Source: Spirochaetales bacterium
GTDB taxonomy: Bacteria; Spirochaetota; Spirochaetia; JABEVK01
Assembly: GCA_037142615.1 (NCBI GenBank)
Contig: JBAXAI010000009.1
Coordinates: 32,001 to 96,000, forward strand
Reading direction: 5' to 3'
Length of the DNA stretch: 64,000 nt
Every line of letters begins with the position of its first letter. The stretch's first letter is position 1. The position numbers and the translations under genes were made by a program. Shown one piece after another: positions 38,701 to 46,564 of the stretch. A model generated the notes under the pieces. It saw only the letters and a program-made list of their open reading frames with translations. It was not told the origin of the DNA and made no database searches.

Positions 38701-39122
38701 GCGCAAACCACCAGCGGTCGGCTGGGCTGCTCTTTGATCACGGAGGCGACGCCGACAGCCTGCAACGCGTTGTTGCCCACGGGCCCGACCAGACTGAGCA
38801 CTTTGAGCGCTGGGTCGCTGAGGTGCGCCGACATCTGGCGGCCCCGGCTGTGGCTGCCGTCCTTGCAAAACAAGCTCAGAAAGAACTGGTAAGGGCTGAT
38901 ACCGCGGTCGATCAGGAGCGCCTTGTCGCGGTAATGGCAGTGCAGGTAGTCGTCGGCAGTCAAATGGGGGTTCAGGAAGGCGATGTTTTCGTGGCCGGTT
39001 CCCGAAACATGGAAGAACGCTTCGCCGCGCTGGGTGTAGTCTTGCTCCAGGAGGTCGACCTCCCGAGACTTGACGATGCTTTCATAAATAGAAAGGAATC
39101 GCTCCACGGTGGGTTGTTGCAT
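35787..39122 (-). CDS. Fusion: 2-oxoacid dehydrogenase E1alpha + E1beta + lipoyl domain + FabH/KAS III
   Basis: TPP motif GDG...EDNTWAIST and HTNADD. E1beta motifs GEDI..GDVFGVT, SPLAE, FHA and IDLRSLSPWD. Lipoyl motif ELEADKA (K717). KAS III triad AACSG (C908), HQAN (H1039) and GNTSS (N1069). One uninterrupted 1111-aa ORF. Confidence 0.93.
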   Translation of the reverse strand: MQQPTVERFLSIYESIVKSREVDLLEQDYTQRGEAFFHVSGTGHENIAFLNPHLTADDYLHCHYRDKALLIDRGISPYQFFLSLFCKDGSHSRGRQMSAHLSDPALKVLSLVGPVGNNALQAVGVASVIKEQPSRPLVVCALGDGTTQQGEVLEAIAHAVREHLPVLFVVEDNTWAISTKTKGQTFYSRPSGDAQEFYGLPLLRVDGRDPVASYETFGRAVEGVREHRGPAIVIFQVSRLNSHTNADDHRSYRSLEEIEETRRRDDPLPRLEAWLEHNGVALDRLAELRARLKDEVQADSLRAQDSAEPEPIYTAKADLPSHLTNPAEENTGVEGGEQITMLEALREVLRHRLETDPAVSLFGEDIEDPKGDVFGVTKGLSEAFPGRVKNSPLAESTIVGVSVGQALAGRHPVGFLQFADFFAIAYNQIFAEMGSMHWRTDGGWKAPMILMVSCGGYKPGLGPFHASSMESIAAHTPGLDVFLPATAGDAAGLLNAAFESKRPTVFFYPKSCLNDRTQATSKDIRQHLVPIGRGRLHRHGDQLTLVGWGNTLNLCLKAADALAAAGKPCDVIDLRSLSPWDEPLVLESVRKTGRLIIAQEDSHSASMASEIAATVAEKAGVPVQIRRVARPDTYVPCNFGNQLEVLPSYKKILTTAVDLFGGELTWELDLKIEAGFAFVEAVGSSPSDESVTVLEWLVKPGQKLTPGLKLAELEADKAAFDLSSPLEGTLAEVLVPVGEQVKVGTPLLKVATGSARVSKKPITLENPGTPHIVWLDTGAQSQPTHRSARAPLVGVAGIRIAPGSRTVTNEEIAALCPDWTPAGIVKRIGIHTRQWATDDETALSLAVRASRELLDAHKLAPEDLTAVFCTTGTPASFTPSMACLVLAELTRGRSVEPLIQVNDINAACSGYLYSLQAAWDHLAYNPNGRVLVITTEVLSRRTDHTDVQTAPVFGDAATASLVVGADRAHEILAEFDRPVLSGRGEDGSSLKVPLSAEEFISMDGPKVYLEAVKHMVLLLEQACHASGMAPHDLDLVVAHQANQRILNAVRQKTKLTADRIFSNIGHFGNTSSNSIPLALFELTPELVPGKVVGLCAFGGGFTFGGAVMRTR

Positions 39123-39167
39123 GACGCAATAACGGTACGTTGGACACTCTAAAAAGTCAACAAACGC

Positions 39168-39488
39168 TTACGTCTGCAGGGGCTGGATGAACAATCTTTC
39201 ACCGTCGTAGAAGACCACTGCCTTGGGAGGACAGCCGAGCAGTTTCCAGTGGGAAGCGCCAAGCTGAAGGGTCTGATGGGGGCACTCGTTGAGAATATCG
39301 ACCTCGGCTGGGCTACGAGTTCCGGACTCGCCCTTGAGGTAGTCCTGGACACTGATTTCGCCACAAAGCTGGACTTCGTGCTTCACGCGCATCAGGCCGA
39401 GGTCAAAGCCGTCGTTGGGATGAAGGATCAGTTTCCCCTTGGGGATGTGCTGACTCGCCGAAACCTGCAGGGTCAACGTCTTCTTCAT
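39168..39488 (-). CDS. Hypothetical 106-aa protein
   Basis: AGGAGG RBS. It fills the gap between the lipid-kinase-family gene and the fusion gene. No family recognised. Confidence 0.7.
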   Translation of the reverse strand: MKKTLTLQVSASQHIPKGKLILHPNDGFDLGLMRVKHEVQLCGEISVQDYLKGESGTRSPAEVDILNECPHQTLQLGASHWKLLGCPPKAVVFYDGERLFIQPLQT

Positions 39489-39498
39489 GGGCCGCCTC

Positions 39499-40533
39499 CT
39501 AATGACTACGTGACAACGTCCTCAGACCGCTGGCCACGCGTTTCATCGTCAGGGGAAAATCCCCTGGTTCCAGCCAGAACTCCTCGCCATCGAGTTGCAG
39601 AGGAAGCCGCGCCGACTGGTGAACCGACAGCGAATCGCCCCGGGCAAACTCGATGCCGGGCAAGCCCCGGTGCGTCCCCCGGTAAATGGGTTCGCGGTAG
39701 CTGAGTTTGGTCAGCAGGTTCACCCGGTGGGCGAGCACGAGGTTGTCTTCGTCGGGCAAAATATGCTTTCCGGCCCCGTAGGTCCGGTGCCCGGAGGTCC
39801 CGAAGGCCACCAGCAGCAATTGGTCTTTCCACGCCGCCACCGGCTTGCCGTCTTGGGTCAGCTCGACGTCCATGACCACCATCTTGGTGGCCCACTCATA
39901 GAACAGCGTCGCCGCGTCGACCATGAGGCTGTACGTGTTGCCTGGCATCACTTTGCGGAAGCGATTGGTGAGAGACACCACCCAGGCGTCGAGACCGACA
40001 CTGCCGATGTTGAAGCTGTGGTGCAGACCCAACCGGGGCGCGCGTACCTCGAGCATGTCGAGCGGGCGCGGTTCAAAACCGGGGGCCTCGTCGCCCGAGA
40101 GCACGTCGAGACAAGTGTTCCAGTCGTCGGCGTCGGCAGCGTCGTTTCCTGTCCCCAAGGGCAGCCGGAAAAACAGGAGTTTGGCCTTTTCCTCGTCGGT
40201 CATGCCCAGGGCAGAAATCAAGGCGGCACGCGAGGTGCCGTCGCCGCCAGCCACGATGACAAGCTGAAGATCGGGACCCACGGGGTGCGCCACCATGGGT
40301 GGCAGTTCAGGGCTGGTCAGACGGATGCTGACGGTCACCTTTCGCCCCGGGGTTGCGACAACAGGCCGTTCTACCAAGCCCTGAATGAGGCGGCTGAGGC
40401 GACCTTTGTGGCGAAAGGCTCCAGCGTGCGGGTTCACCAGCAGGTCGATGTGCAACGACCGGTCGGGAAAAAGGCGGGTGGCGCGTAACCAGGCGCTGAA
40501 CAGGGCACTGAAAGTGGCGACTGAAATTTCCAT
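39499..40533 (-). CDS. Diacylglycerol/lipid kinase family protein (DAGK_cat)
   Basis: VNPHAG, AGGDGT, PLGTGND, NIGSVGLDA and QLDGE. Start estimated at ATG 40533. Confidence 0.85.
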   Translation of the reverse strand: MEISVATFSALFSAWLRATRLFPDRSLHIDLLVNPHAGAFRHKGRLSRLIQGLVERPVVATPGRKVTVSIRLTSPELPPMVAHPVGPDLQLVIVAGGDGTSRAALISALGMTDEEKAKLLFFRLPLGTGNDAADADDWNTCLDVLSGDEAPGFEPRPLDMLEVRAPRLGLHHSFNIGSVGLDAWVVSLTNRFRKVMPGNTYSLMVDAATLFYEWATKMVVMDVELTQDGKPVAAWKDQLLLVAFGTSGHRTYGAGKHILPDEDNLVLAHRVNLLTKLSYREPIYRGTHRGLPGIEFARGDSLSVHQSARLPLQLDGEEFWLEPGDFPLTMKRVASGLRTLSRSH

Positions 40534-40553
40534 CACCACGAATTGTCGGCCCT

Positions 40554-41903
40554 CTAGCCCGAAATTGCCAATCCGTATTCTTTGATCTTGTTGAACATGG
40601 TCCGCCGGGTGATGCCAAGCTCTTCGGCGGCCCTGGTCTGGTTGCCTTCCCACTTGAGCAGAGTTTCCTGGATGGCTTTGCGCTCCAGTTCCCTCAGGGT
40701 GCCACCGGCCACCGGTTCTGAGTCGGTCGCCTCGCCGGCTTCCAACAGGGGAAGTTCCAGGTCGGCCTCGGTGACGACTTCGCCTTCGGCAAAAATCAGC
40801 GCCCTTTCCAGCAGGTTTTCGAGCTCGCGGATGTTCCCCGGAAAGCTGTAGGCCCGCAGCCTCGCCATGGCGGCCCCGGTCAAACCCGAAACCTTCTTGC
40901 CCATGGCTTTGGACAACTTATCGAGCAAACGCGAGCACAGCCACGGCAGATCGTCGAGCCGGTCGCGCAGGGGCGGCAGCAAAATCGGCACCACGTTGAG
41001 GCGGTAGTACAGGTCCTCGCGGAAGCGGCCGGCCTTCACCTCGTCGGCGAGGTTGCGGTTGGTCGCGGCCAGAATGCGCGATTCCACCGGGATCGACACC
41101 GTGCCGCCGATGCGCTGGATCTTGCGTTCCTGCAGCACCCGCAGAAGCTTCACCTGCAGGGGCAACGGCATTTCACCGATCTCATCGAGGAACAGTGTGC
41201 CGCCCGAAGCGAGCTCGAAAAGGCCATTCTTGCGTTTGTCGGCGCCGGTGAACGAACCCTTTTCAAAACCAAACAGCTCGCTTTCCAAAAGGTTCTCGGG
41301 GATGCCACCGACATTGATGGCCAAGAAGGGCCCGCTGGCAAAGGCCGACTCGGTGTGGATGCGCCGCGCCAGCACTTCTTTGCCCGTGCCGCTTTCGCCG
41401 GTGATCAGGATCAGCGAGGTGGTCGGTGCCGCCTTTTTGACCAGCGCGTCGATGCGCACCCAGGCCGAGGACTGCGGACCAAGTCCACCGGCGGTGCGGC
41501 TGTCGGCTGGCTGCACTTGCACGCTGCGGGCAATTCGGTGGTCGCGGTGGGCTTCGAGGGCTTGCCTCAACCGGTAGTCGAGCTCGTCGGGATCAAAGGG
41601 TTTGGTGATGTAATCGCGGGCTCCGCGCTTCATGGCTTCGACCGCGTCGGCGATTTCGCCGTGGGCCGAGATCATCACAAAGGGCACATCAGGCCCTTCG
41701 GCTCGGCACCAGCTCAGCAGTTCCAGCCCATCCATGCCGGGCATTTTGAGGTCGGCAATGACGCCCGCGTAGGCCTCTTCTTGCAAACGGCGCTGGGCAG
41801 CCAGACCGTTTTCGGCGGCCTCGGCCTCCCAACCCGACGAGCGGAGCAGTTTGACCAGCGCTTCGCGGATGTTCTTCTCGTCGTCGGCGACCAGGATTTT
41901 CAC
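40554..41903 (-). CDS. sigma54-dependent response regulator (NtrC/AtoC/ZraR family)
   Basis: Receiver domain, GESGTGKE, ESELFG..KGSFTGA, LFLDEIG, FREDLYYRL, GNIREL and a Fis-type HTH. Confidence 0.95.
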   Translation of the reverse strand: MKILVADDEKNIREALVKLLRSSGWEAEAAENGLAAQRRLQEEAYAGVIADLKMPGMDGLELLSWCRAEGPDVPFVMISAHGEIADAVEAMKRGARDYITKPFDPDELDYRLRQALEAHRDHRIARSVQVQPADSRTAGGLGPQSSAWVRIDALVKKAAPTTSLILITGESGTGKEVLARRIHTESAFASGPFLAINVGGIPENLLESELFGFEKGSFTGADKRKNGLFELASGGTLFLDEIGEMPLPLQVKLLRVLQERKIQRIGGTVSIPVESRILAATNRNLADEVKAGRFREDLYYRLNVVPILLPPLRDRLDDLPWLCSRLLDKLSKAMGKKVSGLTGAAMARLRAYSFPGNIRELENLLERALIFAEGEVVTEADLELPLLEAGEATDSEPVAGGTLRELERKAIQETLLKWEGNQTRAAEELGITRRTMFNKIKEYGLAISG

Positions 41904-43168
41904 GGTGTTCCCTCCACAGGATGGCTTTCAGAGACCTTGGCCTCGGGCAGGTCGATGTACACCCTGGCACCGCCTTCGGGCCGGTTCTCCCACTTGAGGG
42001 CTCCGCCGGCGGCTTTCACAAAACTCTCGGTGATCGAAAGCCCGATTCCGGAACCTTGGATCTTGGTGGTGAAGAACGGCGTCGACGCCTCCTTGAGGCT
42101 TGCGCCGGTAAAGCCAGCACCCGAGTCGAGCACCTCGAAGCGTACCCAACCGGCCTTGGGATGGCTCAGGCGCACTTCCGGCCGGGCGTCGGGGCCGCTT
42201 TCGACAGCGTTCTTGAGCAGGTTTTCGAGCACCGAGCGAAGCCGGTGCGGGTCAAAACTGACGCGCCAACTCTGGCCGGGTTCGCGGTTCCAACGAATCG
42301 GCTCGGCAAAGCGTTCGAGCAGAGAGGCCAGAGCCTCGCCCAGGTCGACCACCACCGGCTGGCCCGACGGATCCTTGAGGAACTCGCGCACCCGGCTCAC
42401 CAAGTGATTGATCCGTTGGGTTTCCTCTTCAATGAGAATGAGTTCTTGCGGCGGTTCGGCCCCCGCGCTGCGTTTGAGCAGGGCCGTCTGAAGCAAAATG
42501 GCCGCCAGCGGGTTCTTGATTTCGTGTGAAAGCGTTCGCGCCGCCTCGGCAAACTGCAGCAGCTCGCGGTTGTTGCTGATCGCCGCCTGATACTGGCGGC
42601 TACGGTTCCACAACCACCCGATGAAGACCAGAAAGGCCGCCCAAACCAGCGGCCCCAGCACGGCGGCAGCCGTCCACGCCACCCCTTGCGACAGGAGCGA
42701 GTCTTCCTTGAGGCGCAGGAACAGGGCGGCACCGCCCAATCTTCGGGGCTGATGGTCGGCCTCGCCTTCGTCGTCGGTGACCATCATCGGGCCGGGCCGG
42801 TCGAGGCGTTTCAGAAAATCCAGCACTCCGAGTCCGGCTTGCCGGAACACCCGGCCATCGCGTCCAGCCCCACCATTCATCAGGGGCAAAACAAGCTCTG
42901 CGGGTGCTTCACCGTACTGGACGAGGGCTTCACCCGTGCGGGTGTACAGGCCGAAACCCACAATGTCAGCGGGCAGAGTCGGGGGCAATTGCCCCAGGAG
43001 CGTCACCCGCACCAGTTCGTCGCCCAGCCGCTCGGTTTGATACTGAAAGACCTCGTCGAGGTGCGACTGCTGCTCGTGGACGAACAGCAACCACAACACC
43101 GATCCGGTCAAAAAGAGTGTCAGGAGGACGACGAGGGGCATGTGCTTCAGAAGCTTCATATTCCGCAT
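41900..43168 (-). CDS. Sensor histidine kinase (ZraS/AtoS-like)
   Basis: SHEIKNPL, NLLKNA, DSGAG, PFFTTK and GSGIGL, with two TM segments. Confidence 0.92.
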   Translation of the reverse strand: MRNMKLLKHMPLVVLLTLFLTGSVLWLLFVHEQQSHLDEVFQYQTERLGDELVRVTLLGQLPPTLPADIVGFGLYTRTGEALVQYGEAPAELVLPLMNGGAGRDGRVFRQAGLGVLDFLKRLDRPGPMMVTDDEGEADHQPRRLGGAALFLRLKEDSLLSQGVAWTAAAVLGPLVWAAFLVFIGWLWNRSRQYQAAISNNRELLQFAEAARTLSHEIKNPLAAILLQTALLKRSAGAEPPQELILIEEETQRINHLVSRVREFLKDPSGQPVVVDLGEALASLLERFAEPIRWNREPGQSWRVSFDPHRLRSVLENLLKNAVESGPDARPEVRLSHPKAGWVRFEVLDSGAGFTGASLKEASTPFFTTKIQGSGIGLSITESFVKAAGGALKWENRPEGGARVYIDLPEAKVSESHPVEGTP

Positions 43169-43192
43169 TGTCGTCCTCCTTGGGTCACTTTG

Positions 43193-43750
43193 CTAATCTC
43201 GGTCGTCCGATTCGCCGCGCCGTCCACCATCATCGTCTTCCGAGTCGAAACTGCGGCTCTGCGATTGAAAACTGCCGCGGCGGTCGGCAACAAACGCTTG
43301 GGACACGGCGTTGGTCCTACCGCCTGACGTCACGTTCGAAACGAGCACCAATGAAACGTTGCCGGTGCGGGCCTGAAGGATCTGGCCCTGGACGGTCACG
43401 GTGTCGCCCGACTTGAGGCCCATCGACGCCAGCGTGTCGGGTGCGATCGCCAGGAGGTACTGCTTTTTGCCCACGGTCAGGCCCACCGTGCCCCAAGCGT
43501 CCATCACAACCTTGCCCGTCAGCGACTGGGTAGAACTGGACTTCGGGGTTTGGCCGAACTGCTGTTGGCCTTGACCGAACGACTGCTGGTTGTTCCAGGC
43601 AGGCGCAGCCTTGCGGCCGGTACTCGCCGCGCCGAGGGCATCCGGGGCTCCGGTGCTCGAAAACGGGTTGGTCGGAGTTCCCAAAGACTGAGCGGAAAGC
43701 ACGAACCCAAGGCCCAGCGACAGCAGTGTGTAGAGAGTCTTTTTCATCAT
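43193..43750 (-). CDS. Exported protein with small beta-rich (OB-fold-like) domain, paralog of upstream gene
   Basis: Signal peptide and Q/G-rich linker. Core LTGKVV...LTVGKKQYLL...LKSGDTVTVQG aligns with the next gene. Confidence 0.75.
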   Translation of the reverse strand: MMKKTLYTLLSLGLGFVLSAQSLGTPTNPFSSTGAPDALGAASTGRKAAPAWNNQQSFGQGQQQFGQTPKSSSTQSLTGKVVMDAWGTVGLTVGKKQYLLAIAPDTLASMGLKSGDTVTVQGQILQARTGNVSLVLVSNVTSGGRTNAVSQAFVADRRGSFQSQSRSFDSEDDDGGRRGESDDRD

Positions 43751-43758
43751 CGATTTCC

Positions 43759-44217
43759 TCAATCGTCCCCACCGCGCCGGGCGAAGGCCTGCAGGGTGAT
43801 CACCTTGCCGCCTATGGTGGCAGTCAGGGGTCGGTAGCTCGGCTTCACGTCCTGGCCCTTCACCGTGGTCAGAACGCCCTCAAAAGCCACCTTGTCGCCG
43901 GTCTTCACGCCGAGTTGCTGCACCTGATTCGGGAACAGAGTCAGGGTGTAGACCACGCTCCCCACCTTGAGGGTGGCTGCATTGTTGGCTCCCAGCGTGA
44001 TAACGCCGGTCAGCGCCTTGTACTCCTGCAGCACGCTCACGCCGGCCTTCCAGGTCACCTGCGGACCACCAAAACCCCCGGCGCCAGGACCCCCAGGGCC
44101 AAAGCCACCCCCGCCATTACCGCCTCCGCCACCACCCCCGAAAGGATCAGGACCGTTTTGGGCAAACAGCGCGGCCGACCCCGCGAGCAACAGGACTGTC
44201 AATAATCGTCTCTTCAT
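43759..44217 (-). CDS. Exported protein with Gly-rich N-terminus and OB-fold-like domain
   Basis: GGAGG RBS and signal MKRRLLTVLLLAGSAALFA. Core LTGVIT...LKVGSVVYTL...VKTGDKVAFEG. Confidence 0.75.
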   Translation of the reverse strand: MKRRLLTVLLLAGSAALFAQNGPDPFGGGGGGGNGGGGFGPGGPGAGGFGGPQVTWKAGVSVLQEYKALTGVITLGANNAATLKVGSVVYTLTLFPNQVQQLGVKTGDKVAFEGVLTTVKGQDVKPSYRPLTATIGGKVITLQAFARRGGDD

Positions 44218-44265
44218 TTCTTCCTCCATGCTGGGGCTCGTTGTGGCCCGACACATCCGTAGTTG

Positions 44266-44282
44266 AGCAAACGCCGTGCCAG
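44266..44282 (-). promoter_or_regulatory. sigma54 (-24/-12) promoter
   Basis: Minus strand CTGGCACGGCGTTTGCT matches the consensus TGGCACG-N4-TTGCW, about 50 nt upstream of ATG 44217. Confidence 0.88.
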
Positions 44283-44330
44283 CTATTGGCAGTTCGAGCG
44301 AGTCCGACAGACCATTTTCGGCGAAGGTTC

Positions 44331-44378
44331 TGTGAAATTTTTTCCGCCAGTGGGCCCTGACGGGAAAAAACTTCCCGT
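44331..44378. promoter_or_regulatory. Tandem palindromic enhancer (UAS) sites for the sigma54 activator
   Basis: ACGGGAA-AAAAC-TTCCCGT (44360-44378, perfect 7-bp arms) and the related TGTGAAATTTTTTCCGC (44331-44347), upstream of the -24 box. Confidence 0.6.
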
Positions 44379-44396
44379 TTATGATAACACAAGCAG

Positions 44397-44993
44397 GTGC
44401 GAGTTCCCCTCCTGCCCGCCCGGGCCGAATTGACGGTGTCGAGGTCACGCTTTCTCGCCCTCATCGAAGGCATCGCTTCGGCCGAAGAGGCCCGAGCTCA
44501 CTTGAAGGCTCTCAAAGCCCAGCACGCCGATGCCAGCCATGTAGTCCACGCCTTTGTGCTCGGCGAGGGCAACTCCCGCAATTCCGGCTGCAGCGACGAC
44601 GGCGAACCCCCGGGTACCGCTGGGAGGCCCGTGCTCGATGTGTTGGCCGGCAGCGGAGGTTCGAATGCTTTTGTCGCCGTGGTCCGCTGGTTCGGCGGCA
44701 CCAAACTGGGCACAGGGGGGCTGGTGAAGGCTTACTCCGAGGCGACGCGGGCCGTGCTGGCCGTCACAGCCTGGACCACGCTGCGCGACCTGGTCTCGCT
44801 GGGCCTGGAACTCCCGTATGAGAGCCTGCGCCCGCTGAAAACGCTGTTGGAAGAGGCCGAAGCCCAGGATGTCGTCGAGGTGTTCGCCGAAACCGTCACC
44901 GTCACCGCACGGGTGCCCCGGGAACACGTTGAAACGCTGCAGGCCCGCACCCGTGACCTGACGCGAGGGCTAGAGTTCCGCAACCTCGGGTAG
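44397..44993 (+). CDS. YigZ/IMPACT family protein
   Basis: SRF, SDDGEPPGTAGRP and VVRWFGGTKLGTGGLVKAY. Confidence 0.92.
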   Translation: MRVPLLPARAELTVSRSRFLALIEGIASAEEARAHLKALKAQHADASHVVHAFVLGEGNSRNSGCSDDGEPPGTAGRPVLDVLAGSGGSNAFVAVVRWFGGTKLGTGGLVKAYSEATRAVLAVTAWTTLRDLVSLGLELPYESLRPLKTLLEEAEAQDVVEVFAETVTVTARVPREHVETLQARTRDLTRGLEFRNLG

Positions 44994-45962
44994 CCGACCC
45001 TTCTTCTGGATGACGTAGTAGAGGTACAGCTCGAGCAACATGCCGTGGTGTTCGCCCTTGAACTGCCGTAGCCTTTGGTCAAACTCCGAGGTCAGCACGA
45101 GGATGTTCTGGAGGTCACTCAGGTTGTAGTGGCGCGCACCGTTGCGCAACCCTGCCTGAGCCTTCTTTCCAAACACCTTGAGCTGGGCGAAGGCCTCTTC
45201 GGCGGGATTGCGCTCCATCAGTTTGACTTGAAACGCGAGCAGGTTCTTGAACTGCCATGTCAGCCCGCCAAGCAGGCCGATCCCTTCGGTCTCTTTCGAG
45301 GCGATCATTTTCTTGAGCACTTCGAGCGCCTTGGGAAACTGCGCCTCGGTGATCTTTTCAAACAGCGTGAAGACGTTTTCCTCGCGTGAATGGACCAGGT
45401 AGTGCTCGAGGTCGTCGAGGCTGATGGTGGCGCCGCGCTCGAAAAACGCCAGCAGCTTCTGGGCCTCCATGCGCAACTGGTCGGTACTGTTGTCGATCAT
45501 TTCGAGAAAGAACTCGGCCGCGTCGGTGGTCAAGCCCAAACCGATGTCCTTGAAATGGTGGATGAGCCAGCCTTTCTTCTCGTTTTCGAACATCTCCCAA
45601 AACACGTGCACCTGGTCTTTGGCCAGCACCCGGGTCAGAGTTTCGAGCTTGGTTTCGTCGCTGACCAGCACGAGGGTAGATTCCTCGGCCGGGTGCTTGA
45701 GGTAGCCCTTGATCAAGTCGAGGTCGGCTTTTTTGTAGTCCTCGACGCTGTTGACGACCACGAGCTTGTGCGCGCAAAACAGGTCGCCGTTCTGCAACAG
45801 TGACAAAATGTCGGTGAATGGCGCCTCAAACGCGTAGAACTTGTGCTGTTCGGGGGCCTCTTTGAACTGCTTGGTGAGCTTGTCGCGCAGGGCGTTCAGG
45901 TGTTCCTGACGACGACCGTGCTCGGGCCCCATCAGCAGGCATACCCGGTCCGAAGCGGCCAT
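44970..45962 (-). CDS. holA: DNA polymerase III subunit delta
   Basis: 330 aa with LLMGPE, DLF..KLVVV, EAQKL and ENVFTL. Downstream of ptsH/lexA as in spirochaete gene order. Confidence 0.8.
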   Translation of the reverse strand: MAASDRVCLLMGPEHGRRQEHLNALRDKLTKQFKEAPEQHKFYAFEAPFTDILSLLQNGDLFCAHKLVVVNSVEDYKKADLDLIKGYLKHPAEESTLVLVSDETKLETLTRVLAKDQVHVFWEMFENEKKGWLIHHFKDIGLGLTTDAAEFFLEMIDNSTDQLRMEAQKLLAFFERGATISLDDLEHYLVHSREENVFTLFEKITEAQFPKALEVLKKMIASKETEGIGLLGGLTWQFKNLLAFQVKLMERNPAEEAFAQLKVFGKKAQAGLRNGARHYNLSDLQNILVLTSEFDQRLRQFKGEHHGMLLELYLYYVIQKKGRLPEVAEL

Positions 45963-46564
45963 CAGTACTTCCGGATGACGGTGACGAGCTTGCCGAGAAT
46001 TCGCACACTCTGCGTGTAGATGGGGTTGTAAGCGGGGTTTTCGGCCTGAAGCTTGACCCGGGTGCGCTCCTGGAAGAAGCGTTTGAGCGTCACGGCGTCG
46101 TCGCCGGTCATCGCCACGACGATTTCACCGTTTTCGGCGGTCGGCTGGCTCTTGATGACGGCCAAATCGCCGTCGAGGATGCCTGCGCCGGTCATGCTGT
46201 CGCCCCGAACCCTGAGCGCGAAGTGGTTGCCACGGTCAAGAAAGTCTTGCGTCACCAGCAGGTTCCCCTCGAGGTTTTCTTCGGCCATGATAGGGATGCC
46301 CGCCGCGACGCGTCCCAAAATCGGTATCGAGATGACCGGGCTTTCGTCGTCGCCGTCTTGGATCACTTCGATCGACCGTGACCGGTTGCTGTTGCTGCGG
46401 ATGAGGCCCTTCTTGCTCAGTGCCTTGACGTGGTTGTAGGCGCCCATCACCGAAAGGTCAAAGTGGTCGGCGATCTCGCGGATGGTGGGAGGGTACTTGT
46501 TAAGCAGCAGAAACTCTTTGACGAAGTCGAGAACTTCTTCCTGCCGACGGGTCGCAGCCTTCAT
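45962..46564 (-). CDS. lexA: SOS repressor LexA
   Basis: YPPTIREIA HTH, cleavage site VAAGIP, catalytic Ser in GDSM and catalytic Lys in TLKR. Confidence 0.95.
   Translation of the reverse strand: MKAATRRQEEVLDFVKEFLLLNKYPPTIREIADHFDLSVMGAYNHVKALSKKGLIRSNSNRSRSIEVIQDGDDESPVISIPILGRVAAGIPIMAEENLEGNLLVTQDFLDRGNHFALRVRGDSMTGAGILDGDLAVIKSQPTAENGEIVVAMTGDDAVTLKRFFQERTRVKLQAENPAYNPIYTQSVRILGKLVTVIRKY

Noticed and set aside
44060-44140. C-rich repetitive tract (CCA/CCG/CCC runs)
   Set aside because: It encodes the Gly-rich linker of an exported protein and is not a tandem-repeat or CRISPR element.
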